A stretch of DNA of 64,000 nt from an uncultured Chloroflexia bacterium (GCA_963712735.1 CAVQIZ010000007.1:282870-346869); one strand, 5' to 3'; positions 28,847 through 38,873 are shown, counted from the stretch's first letter. Notes: generated by a model not told the origin, from the letters alone. A program made the numbers and translations.

Positions 28847-31800
28847 ATGGCGTTCTTGGGCCGGGAGCGCGAGTTGGCCCAGCTGGCCGAAGCCGTGCGG
28901 CGAGTCGCGGAGGGGCGACTCGGGCGTGTCGTGCTGACAGGACCAGCCGGGATCGGCTGCACGCGCCTCCTGGATGAGCTGGCGATACGGGTCTCGAGCG
29001 TGCCGGGCGTGCTGGCATGCCGTGGCCGTGCCTATGAGCCTGCGGCTGGCAAGCCCTACCAGGCCGTGGGCGACGCGCTGGCGTGTTCCTTCGCGCGCCT
29101 GCCCGACGAGCGCATCGCCGCGGTGGTGGCCCACGTCGGTGACGACCTCTGCGCGCTGGTGCCTGGACTGCAGGCCAGGCTCGATACGCTCGGCATCGAC
29201 CACTCCCCACCGCCGCTCTCAGCCCCCGAGCAGCTGGGCCGGCGGGTCCTGGAGTCGATCCTCGGCACACTCGAGCGCCTGGCTGCCGACGGCGTCCTGT
29301 TGCTCGTGCTGGAGAACCTGCACCATGCCGACCCGGCCACGCGCAAGCTCATCGAGGCGCTGCAGGACGTCGGTCGCTCGCTGCCGGTCTGTCTCGTGCT
29401 CACCTACCAGCCGGCCGAGGTCCATCGCCGCCATCCGATGGCCGCCTTGGCCGACAGCCTGGGCGCCGATCCTGAGGTCGTGCGCATCGAGCTGGGTCCG
29501 CTGCCGGCGGGCGACATCGAGCGGCTGGTCAGCGAAAGCCTCGGCGAGCGACCCGCGCACAACGTCCTCACCGCCGTGAGCGAGGGCGCGCGGGGCAACC
29601 CGCTCATCGCCCTGGAGCTGGCACGCAGTGCCGGGGCGCTCGAGGGCGTGCGGCTCTCCGATCCCTTCGACCAGCTGTACGGTGCGCGCGTGGAGGCACT
29701 CTCGCGTGACGGCGCCCGGCTGGTGCGGGTGCTGGCCGCGGCGCGTGTGCCGCTGCGGCGGGCGACTCTGCTAGGCGTGCACCCGCCGGAGGGACGCCTG
29801 ACGGTCCAGGGACTTGAGGAGGCGCTGGCGGGCGGCTACGTCAGCGAGACAGGCGACGACATCAGCATCAGCCACGAGCTCGGCGCGGAGGCCGTGGAAG
29901 CGATGGAGCTGACGCTCGAGCGCCAGGGCATCCACGCGGCGCTCGCGGATCAGCTCCACGCCGAGCCGGCGTTGGCCGCCTGGCACTGGTCACGCGCGGC
30001 CCGTCCGTCAGAGGCGCGCAGCGAGCACGTGCGTGCCGCGCAGCTGGCCGAGCGGCTGGATCCGGCGGAGACCGCGCTGCAACACTATGAGCAAGCGCTG
30101 GAGCTGCCCAGCCTGGAGCCGGTCAGCCCGCAGGTGCAGTCCGAGCTGCTTGCGGGCGCCGCTCGGGCCTCCGCCTCCGCCGGTTCGTTCCGGCGTGCCG
30201 CCGCGCTGATGCGCCGGGCCATCGACAGCCGCGCCATGCGCGAGGCCTCCAGCCAGCGTGGCCAGCGAGACGCTGCCACCCGTCTGGCACTCGGCGAGAT
30301 GCATGAGGAGCTGGGCCGCTACCAATGGCACGCCGGTGACCTGCCGGGCGCCATCGACAACATGGAGCGCGCCCTCGGCATCATGCCTCCCGAGCCCAGC
30401 CGCAGCCGAGCCTGGGTGCAGGCGTCGCTGGCGCAACACCTGATGATCGACGGACGCTTCAGCGAGTCGCAGGCGATCGCGCTGCAGGCGCTGGCGACCG
30501 CGGAGGCGGCCAGCCGCTCCGGCGAGGACACGCTGCAGGAGCGCGCCCACGCCATCTGCACGCAGGGCGTCGACACCGCCTACCTGGGCGACCCAGTCGG
30601 GGGCCTTCAGCTGCTCGAGGAATCGGCCGCGCTCTCACGGCAGGCAGGGCGTCTTGACCACCTCATGCGCGTGGCCGCCAACCGCACGACGCTACTGGAC
30701 CTGGACCTGCGCCGGGAGGAGGCCCTGCAGGTCGTGCAGGAGTCGCTGGCCGAGGCGGCGGCCGGCGGGCTCGAGGCGACCTACGGTGCGTTCCTGCGCG
30801 GCAACGCCGCCGATATCCTGTTCCAGCTGGGACGCTGGGAGGAAGCCGAGCGCGAGTGTCGCAGCGACCTGCGCTGGCAGACCGGACGTCGCGAGATCAC
30901 CTGGCTGTCCCTGCTGGTGCTGGGCCTGCTGCTGACCGAATCACGCGCCGATGACGAGGCTGCCAGCATCGTCGGTCGCACGCTGCTGGAGCTGCAGACC
31001 GTCTCGCCGGGTCACTGGACCGGCATGGTGATGCGCTCAGCGGTGAGCCTGGCGTTGTGGAACGGTCGCGTCGAGGAAGCGGTCAGCATCGCCGAGCGCG
31101 AGTGGCCTCGGGCGCTCGAGAGTGACGAGCTGGGCGTGGTCGCGTACGCCGCGGCGACATCGCTGGAAGCTGCTGCCGCAGCCGCCGAGCATGGTCGTGC
31201 GACCTCGTCGGCCGGGCTCATCGCGCGCGCCCGTGCGCTGGCCGAGAGCGTGCTGCCTGCGGCCGAGGCCTACGTTGCCGGGTCGTCCATCGGGCCCGAG
31301 CTGGGGGCGCGCAACGAGGCCGAGCTGCTGCTGGACGTGGCTCGCGCCCACGCGTTGCGCGTGCGGGGCACGCCCGATCCGGGGGCATGGGCCGCGCTGG
31401 CAGAGGCCTGGGGACGGCACTCCATCCCGTACCGGCGCGCCAAGGCTCGCTGGTGGCAGGCACTGGCGATCCTGGCCGAGGCACCAGAGGAGGATCGGGA
31501 GTCGGCCCGGCTGGCGGCACGCGAGCCACTCTCGGAAGCGTACCGCGTGGCGCGCGATCTGCCGGCGCTGCCGTTGCTGCGCGAAGTCATCGACCTGGGC
31601 AAGCGCGCGCGCGTGGCCTTGCCGCTCTCGGACGACGTCAGCGCCCGGCTGGTCGCCGTGGGACCCGGACCCAGGCAGCCCGTGGCCGTCGGTCCCGGTC
31701 GGCCCGCGTCCGGAGTGGGCAGCCCCGACATCGCGCAGGCGATCGAGCAGCGCGTCATCGCGGCTCTGCGCAAGGGACCGGCCGACACCTACCGGCTCAG

Positions 31801-32041
31801 CCCTCGCGAGCAGGAGGTGCTCGACATCCTCGCCGAGGGCCGCACCGACCGCGACATCGCCGCGCGCCTGTTCATCAGTGAGCGCACCGTGCATGTCCAC
31901 GTGCGGCGCATCCTGGCCAAGCTCGGCGTGTCCAGCCGGACCGAAGCTGCCGGTGTCGCCATCCGCCAGGGTCTCGTCTCCACGAGCGTGCCGGCCGCAG
32001 GCGATCCAAACGGAGCGGATGACGTAGCATCGCGCTCATGA
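28847..32041 (+). CDS. LuxR-family large ATP-binding-like regulator (LAL/MalT type: AAA_16 + TPR-like + HTH)
   Basis: 1,064 aa from MAFLGRERELAQL. The P-loop region reads VVLTGPAGIGCTRLL and the Walker B region LLLVLENLHHAD. Long helical-repeat middle. C-terminal LuxR HTH LSPREQEVLDILAEGRTDRDIAARLFISERTVHVHVRRILAKLGV. Confidence 0.9.
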   Translation: MAFLGRERELAQLAEAVRRVAEGRLGRVVLTGPAGIGCTRLLDELAIRVSSVPGVLACRGRAYEPAAGKPYQAVGDALACSFARLPDERIAAVVAHVGDDLCALVPGLQARLDTLGIDHSPPPLSAPEQLGRRVLESILGTLERLAADGVLLLVLENLHHADPATRKLIEALQDVGRSLPVCLVLTYQPAEVHRRHPMAALADSLGADPEVVRIELGPLPAGDIERLVSESLGERPAHNVLTAVSEGARGNPLIALELARSAGALEGVRLSDPFDQLYGARVEALSRDGARLVRVLAAARVPLRRATLLGVHPPEGRLTVQGLEEALAGGYVSETGDDISISHELGAEAVEAMELTLERQGIHAALADQLHAEPALAAWHWSRAARPSEARSEHVRAAQLAERLDPAETALQHYEQALELPSLEPVSPQVQSELLAGAARASASAGSFRRAAALMRRAIDSRAMREASSQRGQRDAATRLALGEMHEELGRYQWHAGDLPGAIDNMERALGIMPPEPSRSRAWVQASLAQHLMIDGRFSESQAIALQALATAEAASRSGEDTLQERAHAICTQGVDTAYLGDPVGGLQLLEESAALSRQAGRLDHLMRVAANRTTLLDLDLRREEALQVVQESLAEAAAGGLEATYGAFLRGNAADILFQLGRWEEAERECRSDLRWQTGRREITWLSLLVLGLLLTESRADDEAASIVGRTLLELQTVSPGHWTGMVMRSAVSLALWNGRVEEAVSIAEREWPRALESDELGVVAYAAATSLEAAAAAAEHGRATSSAGLIARARALAESVLPAAEAYVAGSSIGPELGARNEAELLLDVARAHALRVRGTPDPGAWAALAEAWGRHSIPYRRAKARWWQALAILAEAPEEDRESARLAAREPLSEAYRVARDLPALPLLREVIDLGKRARVALPLSDDVSARLVAVGPGPRQPVAVGPGRPASGVGSPDIAQAIEQRVIAALRKGPADTYRLSPREQEVLDILAEGRTDRDIAARLFISERTVHVHVRRILAKLGVSSRTEAAGVAIRQGLVSTSVPAAGDPNGADDVASRS

Positions 32042-33462
32042 ACCAATCGCTCTACCGGGTCGTCGCGGCCCTCTTCGCATTGACGTTCTTCGTGGCTGCC
32101 TGCGCCAGTGACACCGGCGCCGAGTGGACGTACGCGCCGGTCACCGCATCGGAGAGCCAGGCCCCCGGCCCGAGCGAACCCACGGCGGCACCGGGTGCCA
32201 CTGCCGAGCCGGGTGGCACGGCCGCGCCCGCGGACACTGCCGCGCCCGCAACGCCACCGCCGTCCAGCGGCGAGCCCCGTGTCATCCAGCTGCAGGCCGA
32301 CGCCGCACTGCGGTTCACCGACATGAATGGCCAGCCGGTGTCCGACATCCCCGTGACGCCCGGCGAGACGATCATCTTCGAGGTGGACAACACGGCCGGC
32401 TTCGAACACAACTTCTGGATCGGCACCGACGCCGAGCTCTCAGCGCCATACGCCACCACTGACGTGGGCATCGACACCTGGACCACGGGTGTGCAGTCGG
32501 TCGAGTGGGTGGTTCCGGCGGACGTCAGCGGGCTGAAGTTCGGCTGCACCGTGCCGGGCCACTACCTCACCATGCAGGGCACGTTCTCCGCGAGCGAGCC
32601 GGCCGTCGCAGCGGAGACCCCGCCGGAGCCGGAGCCGGCTGCGGCCGAGACCACGGCGGCCCCCGAGTCCCCGGCCGCGCCGGCTGCTGTCAGCGGCGAG
32701 CCCCGGGTCATCCAGCTGCAGGCCGATGCCGCGCTGCGGTTCACCGACACGAGTGGCCAGCAGGTGTCCGACATCCCCGTGACCCCAGGCGAGACGATCA
32801 TCTTCGAGGTGGACAACACGGCCGGCTTCGAGCACGACTTCTGGATCGGCACCGACGCCGAGCTCTCAGGGCCCTATGCCAAAACGGACGTGGGCATCGA
32901 ACCCTGGACCACGGGTGTCCAATCGGTCGAGTGGGTGGTACCGGCGGACGTCAGCGGGCTGAAGTTCGGATGTACCGTGCCAGGTCACTACACCACCATG
33001 CAGGGCACGTTCTCCGCGAGCGAGCCGGCGGTCGCAGCGGAGACCCCCGCGGAGCCGGCTGCGGCCGAGACCACGGCGGCGCCCGGGACCCCGGCCGAGA
33101 CCATGGCGGCGCACGAGCCGGCTGCTATGGGCGGTGAGCCACGTGTCATCGAGCTGGAGGCGGACGCCGCCATCAGGTTCCTCCAGGACGGCGAGCAGAT
33201 CCGCGAGATCCCGGTCACGCCCGGTGAGACCGTCGTCTTCCGCATCGACAACACGGCCGGCTTCGCGCACAACTTCTGGATCGGCCCCGACCAGGAGCTG
33301 CAGGTCCAAAACGGCAGCACGGACACGGGGTTGCCCGATTGGACTACCGGTGTCCAGGAGCTGGAGTGGGTCGTGCCCGATGACGTCACCGACCTGCGGT
33401 TCGCCTGCACGGTGCCCGGTCACTACTTCACCATGCAGGGCGACTTCACCATCAGCCAGTAG
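32038..33462 (+). CDS. lipoprotein with three tandem azurin-like cupredoxin (type-1 copper) domains
   Basis: The ATG overlaps the regulator TGA (ATGA). Lipobox FFVAAC. Each of the three units carries GFEH(N/D)FW ... F(G/A)CTVPGHY(L/T/F)TMQG, i.e. His...Cys-x4-His-x3-Met as in azurin. Units are joined by Pro/Ala/Glu-rich linkers. Confidence 0.8.
   Translation: MNQSLYRVVAALFALTFFVAACASDTGAEWTYAPVTASESQAPGPSEPTAAPGATAEPGGTAAPADTAAPATPPPSSGEPRVIQLQADAALRFTDMNGQPVSDIPVTPGETIIFEVDNTAGFEHNFWIGTDAELSAPYATTDVGIDTWTTGVQSVEWVVPADVSGLKFGCTVPGHYLTMQGTFSASEPAVAAETPPEPEPAAAETTAAPESPAAPAAVSGEPRVIQLQADAALRFTDTSGQQVSDIPVTPGETIIFEVDNTAGFEHDFWIGTDAELSGPYAKTDVGIEPWTTGVQSVEWVVPADVSGLKFGCTVPGHYTTMQGTFSASEPAVAAETPAEPAAAETTAAPGTPAETMAAHEPAAMGGEPRVIELEADAAIRFLQDGEQIREIPVTPGETVVFRIDNTAGFAHNFWIGPDQELQVQNGSTDTGLPDWTTGVQELEWVVPDDVTDLRFACTVPGHYFTMQGDFTISQ
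32269..33462 (+). repeat. intragenic tandem repeat (426-nt period x2 near-identical, third unit divergent)
   Basis: Units start at 32269, 32695 and 33133. Units 1 and 2 are roughly nine-tenths identical at the DNA level by eye (not computed). Confidence 0.85.
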
Positions 33463-33487
33463 CCGCAGGAGTTCTCGCCGAATCGAA

Positions 33488-33519
33488 ACGCCCCGGTGGG
33501 ATCAGACCCGCCGGGGCGT
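33488..33519. terminator. bidirectional hairpin between convergent genes
   Basis: ACGCCCCGGTGGG-ATCAG-ACCCGCCGGGGCGT, a 13-bp stem with one mismatch. Confidence 0.5.
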
Positions 33520-33542
33520 CATCGTGACCGTGGCGTCGGACG

Positions 33543-34061
33543 CTACTTGTCCTCGCCGTCGGTGATCTGCGGCTGGCCCTGTGCATCCAGCGCGTGCTGG
33601 ATCTCCTTCTCCGCATCCTCGCTGAGCGACGTGCGTAGGACCTCGCCACCGAGTGGCGCGAGGGCGGCGAGCGCCTTGTCCGGCGTGGCCTTGGAGACGA
33701 ACACCACCAGCGCGGCCGTGCCGGGCTTCAGGACGTCTGCAGCACGCTGCCTGAACTCGTCCTTGACGCCCCAGCCGCTGATCGTCCCCATCACGGCGCC
33801 CATGATGCCGCCGATGATGAGGCCGCCCACGGGGATGAGGAAGATGAGCCCAAAGAGCATGCCCCAGAAGCCGCCCATGGCAGCGCCGGCGCTGGTGGCC
33901 CCGGTCTTGGTCACCATCTCCACCTTGCCATCGGCAGTCTTCCTCACGACGGCCGCGCCGCCGGTCTGCATGATGAGGTCCTTCTCCAGCTGCTGGACCG
34001 TCTCCAGCGACTTCTGCGCGGTCTCGACGTCCGGGTAGCCGATGACCAATAGTTCTGCCAT
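33543..34061 (-). CDS. DUF1269-type membrane protein
   Basis: 172 aa. MAELLVIGYPDVETAQKSLETVQQLEKD followed by a Gly-zipper TM region GGFWGMLFGLIFLIPVGGLIIGGIMGAVMG. Confidence 0.75.
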   Translation of the reverse strand: MAELLVIGYPDVETAQKSLETVQQLEKDLIMQTGGAAVVRKTADGKVEMVTKTGATSAGAAMGGFWGMLFGLIFLIPVGGLIIGGIMGAVMGTISGWGVKDEFRQRAADVLKPGTAALVVFVSKATPDKALAALAPLGGEVLRTSLSEDAEKEIQHALDAQGQPQITDGEDK

Positions 34062-34160
34062 CCGTACTCCTCTGATAGGTGGTGGTTGAAGCAGCCGACA
34101 CGATAGCGCAGCCGGCGGCGACAGCCGTCTGGGGGCCTGGCGCGCGTAGACTGCCTACCC

Positions 34161-34886
34161 ATGCAGGATCCTGCCGCCGGCTCCTCCCGGTCCCGGCCCC
34201 GCGCGCGCTCGATGGGTGACGAGGCTCTGGTCGAGGCGCTCACCGGGCCCGGTTGCCCGCTGTGCACGCACGTCGCCCGGATCGCTCCGCGGTACCTCGA
34301 CTCGCTGCTGTACCAGCACACCACCGATCGGGCCTACCGCGATCGCTTCGTGGCTGGGGGTGGCTTCTGTGGTCGCCACGTTCGGGATGCGGTGGTAGCT
34401 GACACGGCGGGCAACGGCGACGGTGTGGGCGGTGGCATCTTCCTGCGCTCGCAGCTGGGGGCCCGACGCCGCGCGCTGGAGACCGCGACGGGATTCCGCG
34501 CGGCCAGGCGGCTGCGCGAGGCGACGCGACCGGCCTGGGACTGCCCCGTCTGTGAGCAGGAACGAACGCTGGCGGCAGCCGCGTCGAAGCGACTGCTCGA
34601 CCTGGTCGCTGCCGAGGCGGCCTGGCGAGACTGGACCACGGGCGCGCCCTGGTGCCTGACACACCTCGGGGTGCTCCTCGCGGCGGCGGCTGAGGCTGGG
34701 GGCGGGACGCTCGATGCCCTGCGAGAGCGGCAGCTCACGGCGATGCGCGACCTGGAGGCGCGACTGGACGCCTTGGCGCACGACTCCAGCCACGGGCGCC
34801 GGGACCGCCTGACCGACGCGGTCCGGTCCGCGGTCGGCGAAACGGCCGACCTGCTCGCCGGCGACGAGGGGCAGGAGCGGCGCTGA
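34161..34886 (+). CDS. Cys/His-rich hypothetical protein (two CxxC + CxxH pairs; possibly DUF6062-like)
   Basis: 241 aa. CPLC ... FCGRH ... CPVC ... WCLTH arranged as an internal duplication. The start is uncertain (alternative ATG at 34212). Confidence 0.55.
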   Translation: MQDPAAGSSRSRPRARSMGDEALVEALTGPGCPLCTHVARIAPRYLDSLLYQHTTDRAYRDRFVAGGGFCGRHVRDAVVADTAGNGDGVGGGIFLRSQLGARRRALETATGFRAARRLREATRPAWDCPVCEQERTLAAAASKRLLDLVAAEAAWRDWTTGAPWCLTHLGVLLAAAAEAGGGTLDALRERQLTAMRDLEARLDALAHDSSHGRRDRLTDAVRSAVGETADLLAGDEGQERR

Positions 34887-34910
34887 AGGCCGTCCCGGTG
34901 CCGAGAGCCC

Positions 34911-35579
34911 TCAGGCGGCGGGGATCTCCGCCATGAATTCACGCAGGGTGGGATAGACCACGTCGGCCCCGGCTTCCAGCAGCTCCGGTTCGTGGGTGGC
35001 GCCGGTAAGCACCGCGATGGCGCGCATGCCTGCTTCCCGGGAGGCGAGCATGTCCCATCGCGAATCACCCACGTACCAGGCCTCGCCCGGAGGGACATCG
35101 AGCAGATGGGCAGCCTTGAGCAGCAGGTCTGGCGCCGGCTTGGCGTGCTCCACGTCGGCGCCGTCGCAGATCAGCGGCATGGCTCGCAAGCCCAGCGACT
35201 GCACCGACTCGCGGGCGTCGTCCGGCAGGCTGGAGGTGGCCACGGCCCAGGGCAGGCCGAGGTCGGTCAGCGTCTCCAGGACGTCGCGCGCGGCCGGCAG
35301 CGCACGGGGGTGTGCGTTGAGCACGCGGAACTCGGCGCCCGCCTCGATATCGATCTGCACGTCGTCGCCGGGCTTCAGCTCCACGCCGTAGTGCTCCGCG
35401 ACCATGCGCGCGAGGAGCTTGCCGTCAGAACCCATCAGCGGTGCCAGGAATGCCGGCTCAGGGACGATGCCGAAGCGGGGGAACACCGCCATCCACGAGT
35501 CGACGCGGGTGCCGACGGTGTCGACGAGCGTACCGTCGAGATCGAAGATGATGGCGCGCGGGGCGCGGGAAGTCGTCAT
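34911..35579 (-). CDS. HAD-superfamily hydrolase (phosphoglycolate phosphatase-like)
   Basis: 222 aa. Motif I IIFDLDGTLVDT, motif IV YVGDSRWDM. Confidence 0.85.
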   Translation of the reverse strand: MTTSRAPRAIIFDLDGTLVDTVGTRVDSWMAVFPRFGIVPEPAFLAPLMGSDGKLLARMVAEHYGVELKPGDDVQIDIEAGAEFRVLNAHPRALPAARDVLETLTDLGLPWAVATSSLPDDARESVQSLGLRAMPLICDGADVEHAKPAPDLLLKAAHLLDVPPGEAWYVGDSRWDMLASREAGMRAIAVLTGATHEPELLEAGADVVYPTLREFMAEIPAA

Positions 35580-35608
35580 CGGCCGGTATCGGAGTGCATG
35601 GCCCTAGC

Positions 35609-37702
35609 CTACGATGTCGCCGCGTCCTCGAGTTGGCGTGCCAGCACGGTCGGGTCGGTGGTGGGCTGCCGGCAGGCGAAGTCACGGCAGACGTAGGCCG
35701 TGGCAGCGCCCTCGATGCGGCTGCGGCCGCGGAGCAGGGGGACCGCCGAGGCGCTGGGGTCGGTCGCGAGGGCCACGACCTGCCCGGGCCGATAGCGGGC
35801 TCGGGCGGAGGCCAGCAGAGCCCTGGTGTCGTCGGCCCCAGGGTCACCCACGATGGCGATCTCGACGATGGGCCCGCTGGCCAGCCCATAGGCCAGCAGC
35901 CACTGGGCGAGGCCGGTGGGGTACTTGGCAGCGATGGCGGGCATCGGCGCGAGGGCCCGCTCGGCGGAGCTTCGATAGCCACCCTCGCCGGTGAGCGCAG
36001 CCAGCCGCAGCAGCACCATCGTGGCCATGGCGCCGCCGGAGGGGATGGCGTTGTCGTAGAGGTTGCGAGGCCGGGCGAAGAGCACCTCGGCGTCATCGGC
36101 GGTGTCGTGGAAGCCGCCCTCGTCGGCGCTGAAGTGCTGCAGGATGAGGTCGGCCAGCTCCCGGGCGGCGACGAAGAAGCGCTCCTCGAACGTGGCCTCG
36201 TACAACGCCAGCAGCCCGTGGGCAAGGTGTGCGTGGTCCTCCAGCGTGCCGGCGTGCTGGGCGCGGCCGTCCTTCCACGAGCGCAGCAGCCGGCCGTCCT
36301 CGGTGCGCAGATTCTGCAGCACGAAGTCCGCCGCCTCCGCGGCAACCTCTACGAAGGGGCCTTCGTGGAGGGCCACGCCGGCATCGGCGAAGGCGCCGAT
36401 CATGAGGCCGTTCCAGGAGGTCAGCACCTTGTCGTCGCGCGCCGGCTGGGGGCGGTCGTCACGTGCGCGCAGCAGCGTCACGCGGGCCTCCGCCAGCGCC
36501 TCGCGGACCTCGTCTCGTGGCCGCTCCAGCTCCGCCGCGAGCTCGCTGTCCGTTCGAACACGGTGGAGGATGGTGCGCCCTTCCCAGTTGCCCGTGGGCG
36601 TGACCCCGTAGGCGGCCTCGAACAGTGGCGCGTCCGTGCCCAGCAGCTCGCGGATCTCGCTGGCGTGCCAGGTATAGGTCAGGCCTTCCTGGCCGTCGGT
36701 GTCGGCGTCGAGACTGGAGGCGAAGCCGCCACCCGGCGGGTTGCGCAGCTCGTGCACCGCGAAGTCGAGCGTCTCCCGCGCGACGTAGGCGTAGTGCTCG
36801 TCGCCGGTGACCTGAGCGGTGTGGCTGTAGACGCGTGCCAGCTGGGCGTTGTCGTAGAGCATCTTCTCGAAGTGGGGCACGAGCCACTGCTTGTCGGTCG
36901 AATACCGGGCGAAGCCGCCGCCGAGATGGTCGTAGATGCCGCCGGCGGCCATCGCGTCGAGCGTCTTCTCCAGCATCAGCAGCGGCTCGCGGTTGCTGGT
37001 CCGCAGGTGCTCGCGCAGGAGCAGTTCGAGCGTCATCGGCTGAGGGAACTTGGGGGCCGCGCCGAAGCCGCCATCGACGGCATCGAAGTTCTCGTGCAGG
37101 GTCTCCACCACGCCCCTCAGCAGCAGCGTCGGGTCGGGCGCCGGCTGACCTTCGATCTGCTCGGCCAGGCGGGTCGGTGCGTCCTGCTCGACGCGCACGT
37201 GTTCGGCGACACTGGTGGCGGTCTTCTCGATATCGTCACGCTGGCTCGCCCACAGCTCGGCGATGCGACTCAGCACCTGGCGGAACGAGGGCATGCCGTG
37301 GCGCGGCTCGTCGGGGAAGTAGGTGCCTCCGTAGAAGGGCCGGCCGTCCGGCGTCAGGAAGACGCTCATGGGCCAGCCGCCCTGGCGCGTCATCGCCTGC
37401 ACGGCCTCCATGTAGATGCTATCGAGGTCGGGACGTTCCTCGCGGTCCACCTTGATGGCCACGAACCGCGCGTTGAGGTCCTCCGCGGTCTGCTCGTCCT
37501 CGAACGACTCCCGCTCCATGACGTGACACCAGTGGCAGGCGGCATAGCCGATGCTGAGGAAGATGGGCACATCGCGCTCGCGGGCCGCGGCCAGCGCCTC
37601 CTCACCCCACGGATACCAGTCGACCGGGTTGTGGGCATGTTGCAGCAGGTAGGGGCTGGTCTCGCCGGCGAGGCGGTTGGTGTGCGATTCCGTGGTCGTC
37701 AT
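35609..37702 (-). CDS. thioredoxin-domain protein YyaL type (DUF255 + six-hairpin glycosidase-like)
   Basis: [22 protein letters not shown] and [19 protein letters not shown]. 697 aa from the ATG at 37702. Confidence 0.9.
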   Translation of the reverse strand: MTTTESHTNRLAGETSPYLLQHAHNPVDWYPWGEEALAAARERDVPIFLSIGYAACHWCHVMERESFEDEQTAEDLNARFVAIKVDREERPDLDSIYMEAVQAMTRQGGWPMSVFLTPDGRPFYGGTYFPDEPRHGMPSFRQVLSRIAELWASQRDDIEKTATSVAEHVRVEQDAPTRLAEQIEGQPAPDPTLLLRGVVETLHENFDAVDGGFGAAPKFPQPMTLELLLREHLRTSNREPLLMLEKTLDAMAAGGIYDHLGGGFARYSTDKQWLVPHFEKMLYDNAQLARVYSHTAQVTGDEHYAYVARETLDFAVHELRNPPGGGFASSLDADTDGQEGLTYTWHASEIRELLGTDAPLFEAAYGVTPTGNWEGRTILHRVRTDSELAAELERPRDEVREALAEARVTLLRARDDRPQPARDDKVLTSWNGLMIGAFADAGVALHEGPFVEVAAEAADFVLQNLRTEDGRLLRSWKDGRAQHAGTLEDHAHLAHGLLALYEATFEERFFVAARELADLILQHFSADEGGFHDTADDAEVLFARPRNLYDNAIPSGGAMATMVLLRLAALTGEGGYRSSAERALAPMPAIAAKYPTGLAQWLLAYGLASGPIVEIAIVGDPGADDTRALLASARARYRPGQVVALATDPSASAVPLLRGRSRIEGAATAYVCRDFACRQPTTDPTVLARQLEDAATS

Positions 37703-37829
37703 CGCCGCGAATGGTAGAGGAGGCACGTGACAGTGCCGTTTCGGAACCGTGGAGCGGTCATGGCGCCACTAACGGTGTGGAGCACGAGTGTGCTCGTCGA
37801 AGCCCACGTGGTGGCGAGAGGAGGCTCTG

Positions 37830-38801
37830 ATGTCGACGAGGAAGCGATGTGCGGGTGGCGGCATGAGCCTGGCGTGTGCTGCGCTGCTGACGGTGTCCCA
37901 GGTGGCGGTCGCCGGGGAGGCACGGACAGTGGTGACCTTCGATCCGGCTGCCGGTGAGTTTCCCGAGGGCGTGGCCGCGGCTCGCATCGGTGATGTCTAC
38001 GCCGGCCTGAGCGCTCTGGGTCGCGTCGTTCGGGTCGCGGCCGACGGCCAGGCGGACGACTTCACCCACCTCGTGCTCGGTGAGGGCGACTTCGGCCTGA
38101 CGGGGCTGGCCATCGATGGCGGTGGCACGCTCTATGCCGCTGTCAACTCGGCTGACCCCGCGCTCCACGGCGTCGTCGGCTTTGGATCTGCCGATGGCGA
38201 GCCCTTCCACCTCCCCGGCAGCGAGGCCATCACCATGCCCAATGCCATCGCGTTCGGCGATGACGGCGCCATGTACATCAGTGACTCCGTGGGCGGCTCG
38301 ATCTGGCGTGCCGAATGGGTCGGCTTCGAGGGATGGCAGCCGGCGGAGGCATGGGTCACCGATCCACTGCTGGCGGGCACCGGCGAGCTGCCGTTCCCGT
38401 TCCCCGTGGGTGCCAACGGTGTGGCTGTGGATGATGGAGTCGTGTACGTCGGTGTCACTGAACAGAGCCACATCGTCGGCATCCCCATCGGCCCGGAGGG
38501 GGAGGCGGGTGAGCCGTTTGTGCACCTCTCTCCGCCAGGTGTCGCCATCGACGGCATCGCCATCACCGACGACGGTGACTTCATCGTCGCCGACCCGCCG
38601 GCCAACACCATCTGGCGCATCGGTGGAGATGGCGTGCCCGTGGCCCTCGCCGACGCGGAGGACGGGATCTCCGGGCCCACCAGTGTCTACGTCGAGACGG
38701 CATCGGGTGAGCCGACGGTGTACGTCGCCAACATGGCCCAGGCGGTGATCGGCGAGCTGGCTCCCCATCCGCCCTCCATCGTGGCGGTCACGCTCGACTA
38801 G
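37830..38801 (+). CDS. secreted SMP-30/gluconolactonase/LRE-like beta-propeller protein
   Basis: GAGGAGG upstream of the ATG at 37830. Signal peptide present. Repeated blade-like motifs (PNAIAFGDDGAMYISDS, ANGVAVDDGVVYVG, IDGIAITDDGDFIVAD). Confidence 0.7.
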   Translation: MSTRKRCAGGGMSLACAALLTVSQVAVAGEARTVVTFDPAAGEFPEGVAAARIGDVYAGLSALGRVVRVAADGQADDFTHLVLGEGDFGLTGLAIDGGGTLYAAVNSADPALHGVVGFGSADGEPFHLPGSEAITMPNAIAFGDDGAMYISDSVGGSIWRAEWVGFEGWQPAEAWVTDPLLAGTGELPFPFPVGANGVAVDDGVVYVGVTEQSHIVGIPIGPEGEAGEPFVHLSPPGVAIDGIAITDDGDFIVADPPANTIWRIGGDGVPVALADAEDGISGPTSVYVETASGEPTVYVANMAQAVIGELAPHPPSIVAVTLD

Positions 38802-38873
38802 GCGCATGGCAGCCCTGCGCGGGCCGATCGCGACACTGGCGCCCCTGGTCCGTGCTGGGGCGCCGCGGGTTGA

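Noticed and set aside
35594-37717. 707-aa plus-strand ORF
   Set aside because: It lies exactly antisense to the YyaL gene, has Gly/Arg/Val-rich low-complexity composition and no motifs. This is a typical shadow ORF of a GC-rich genome.
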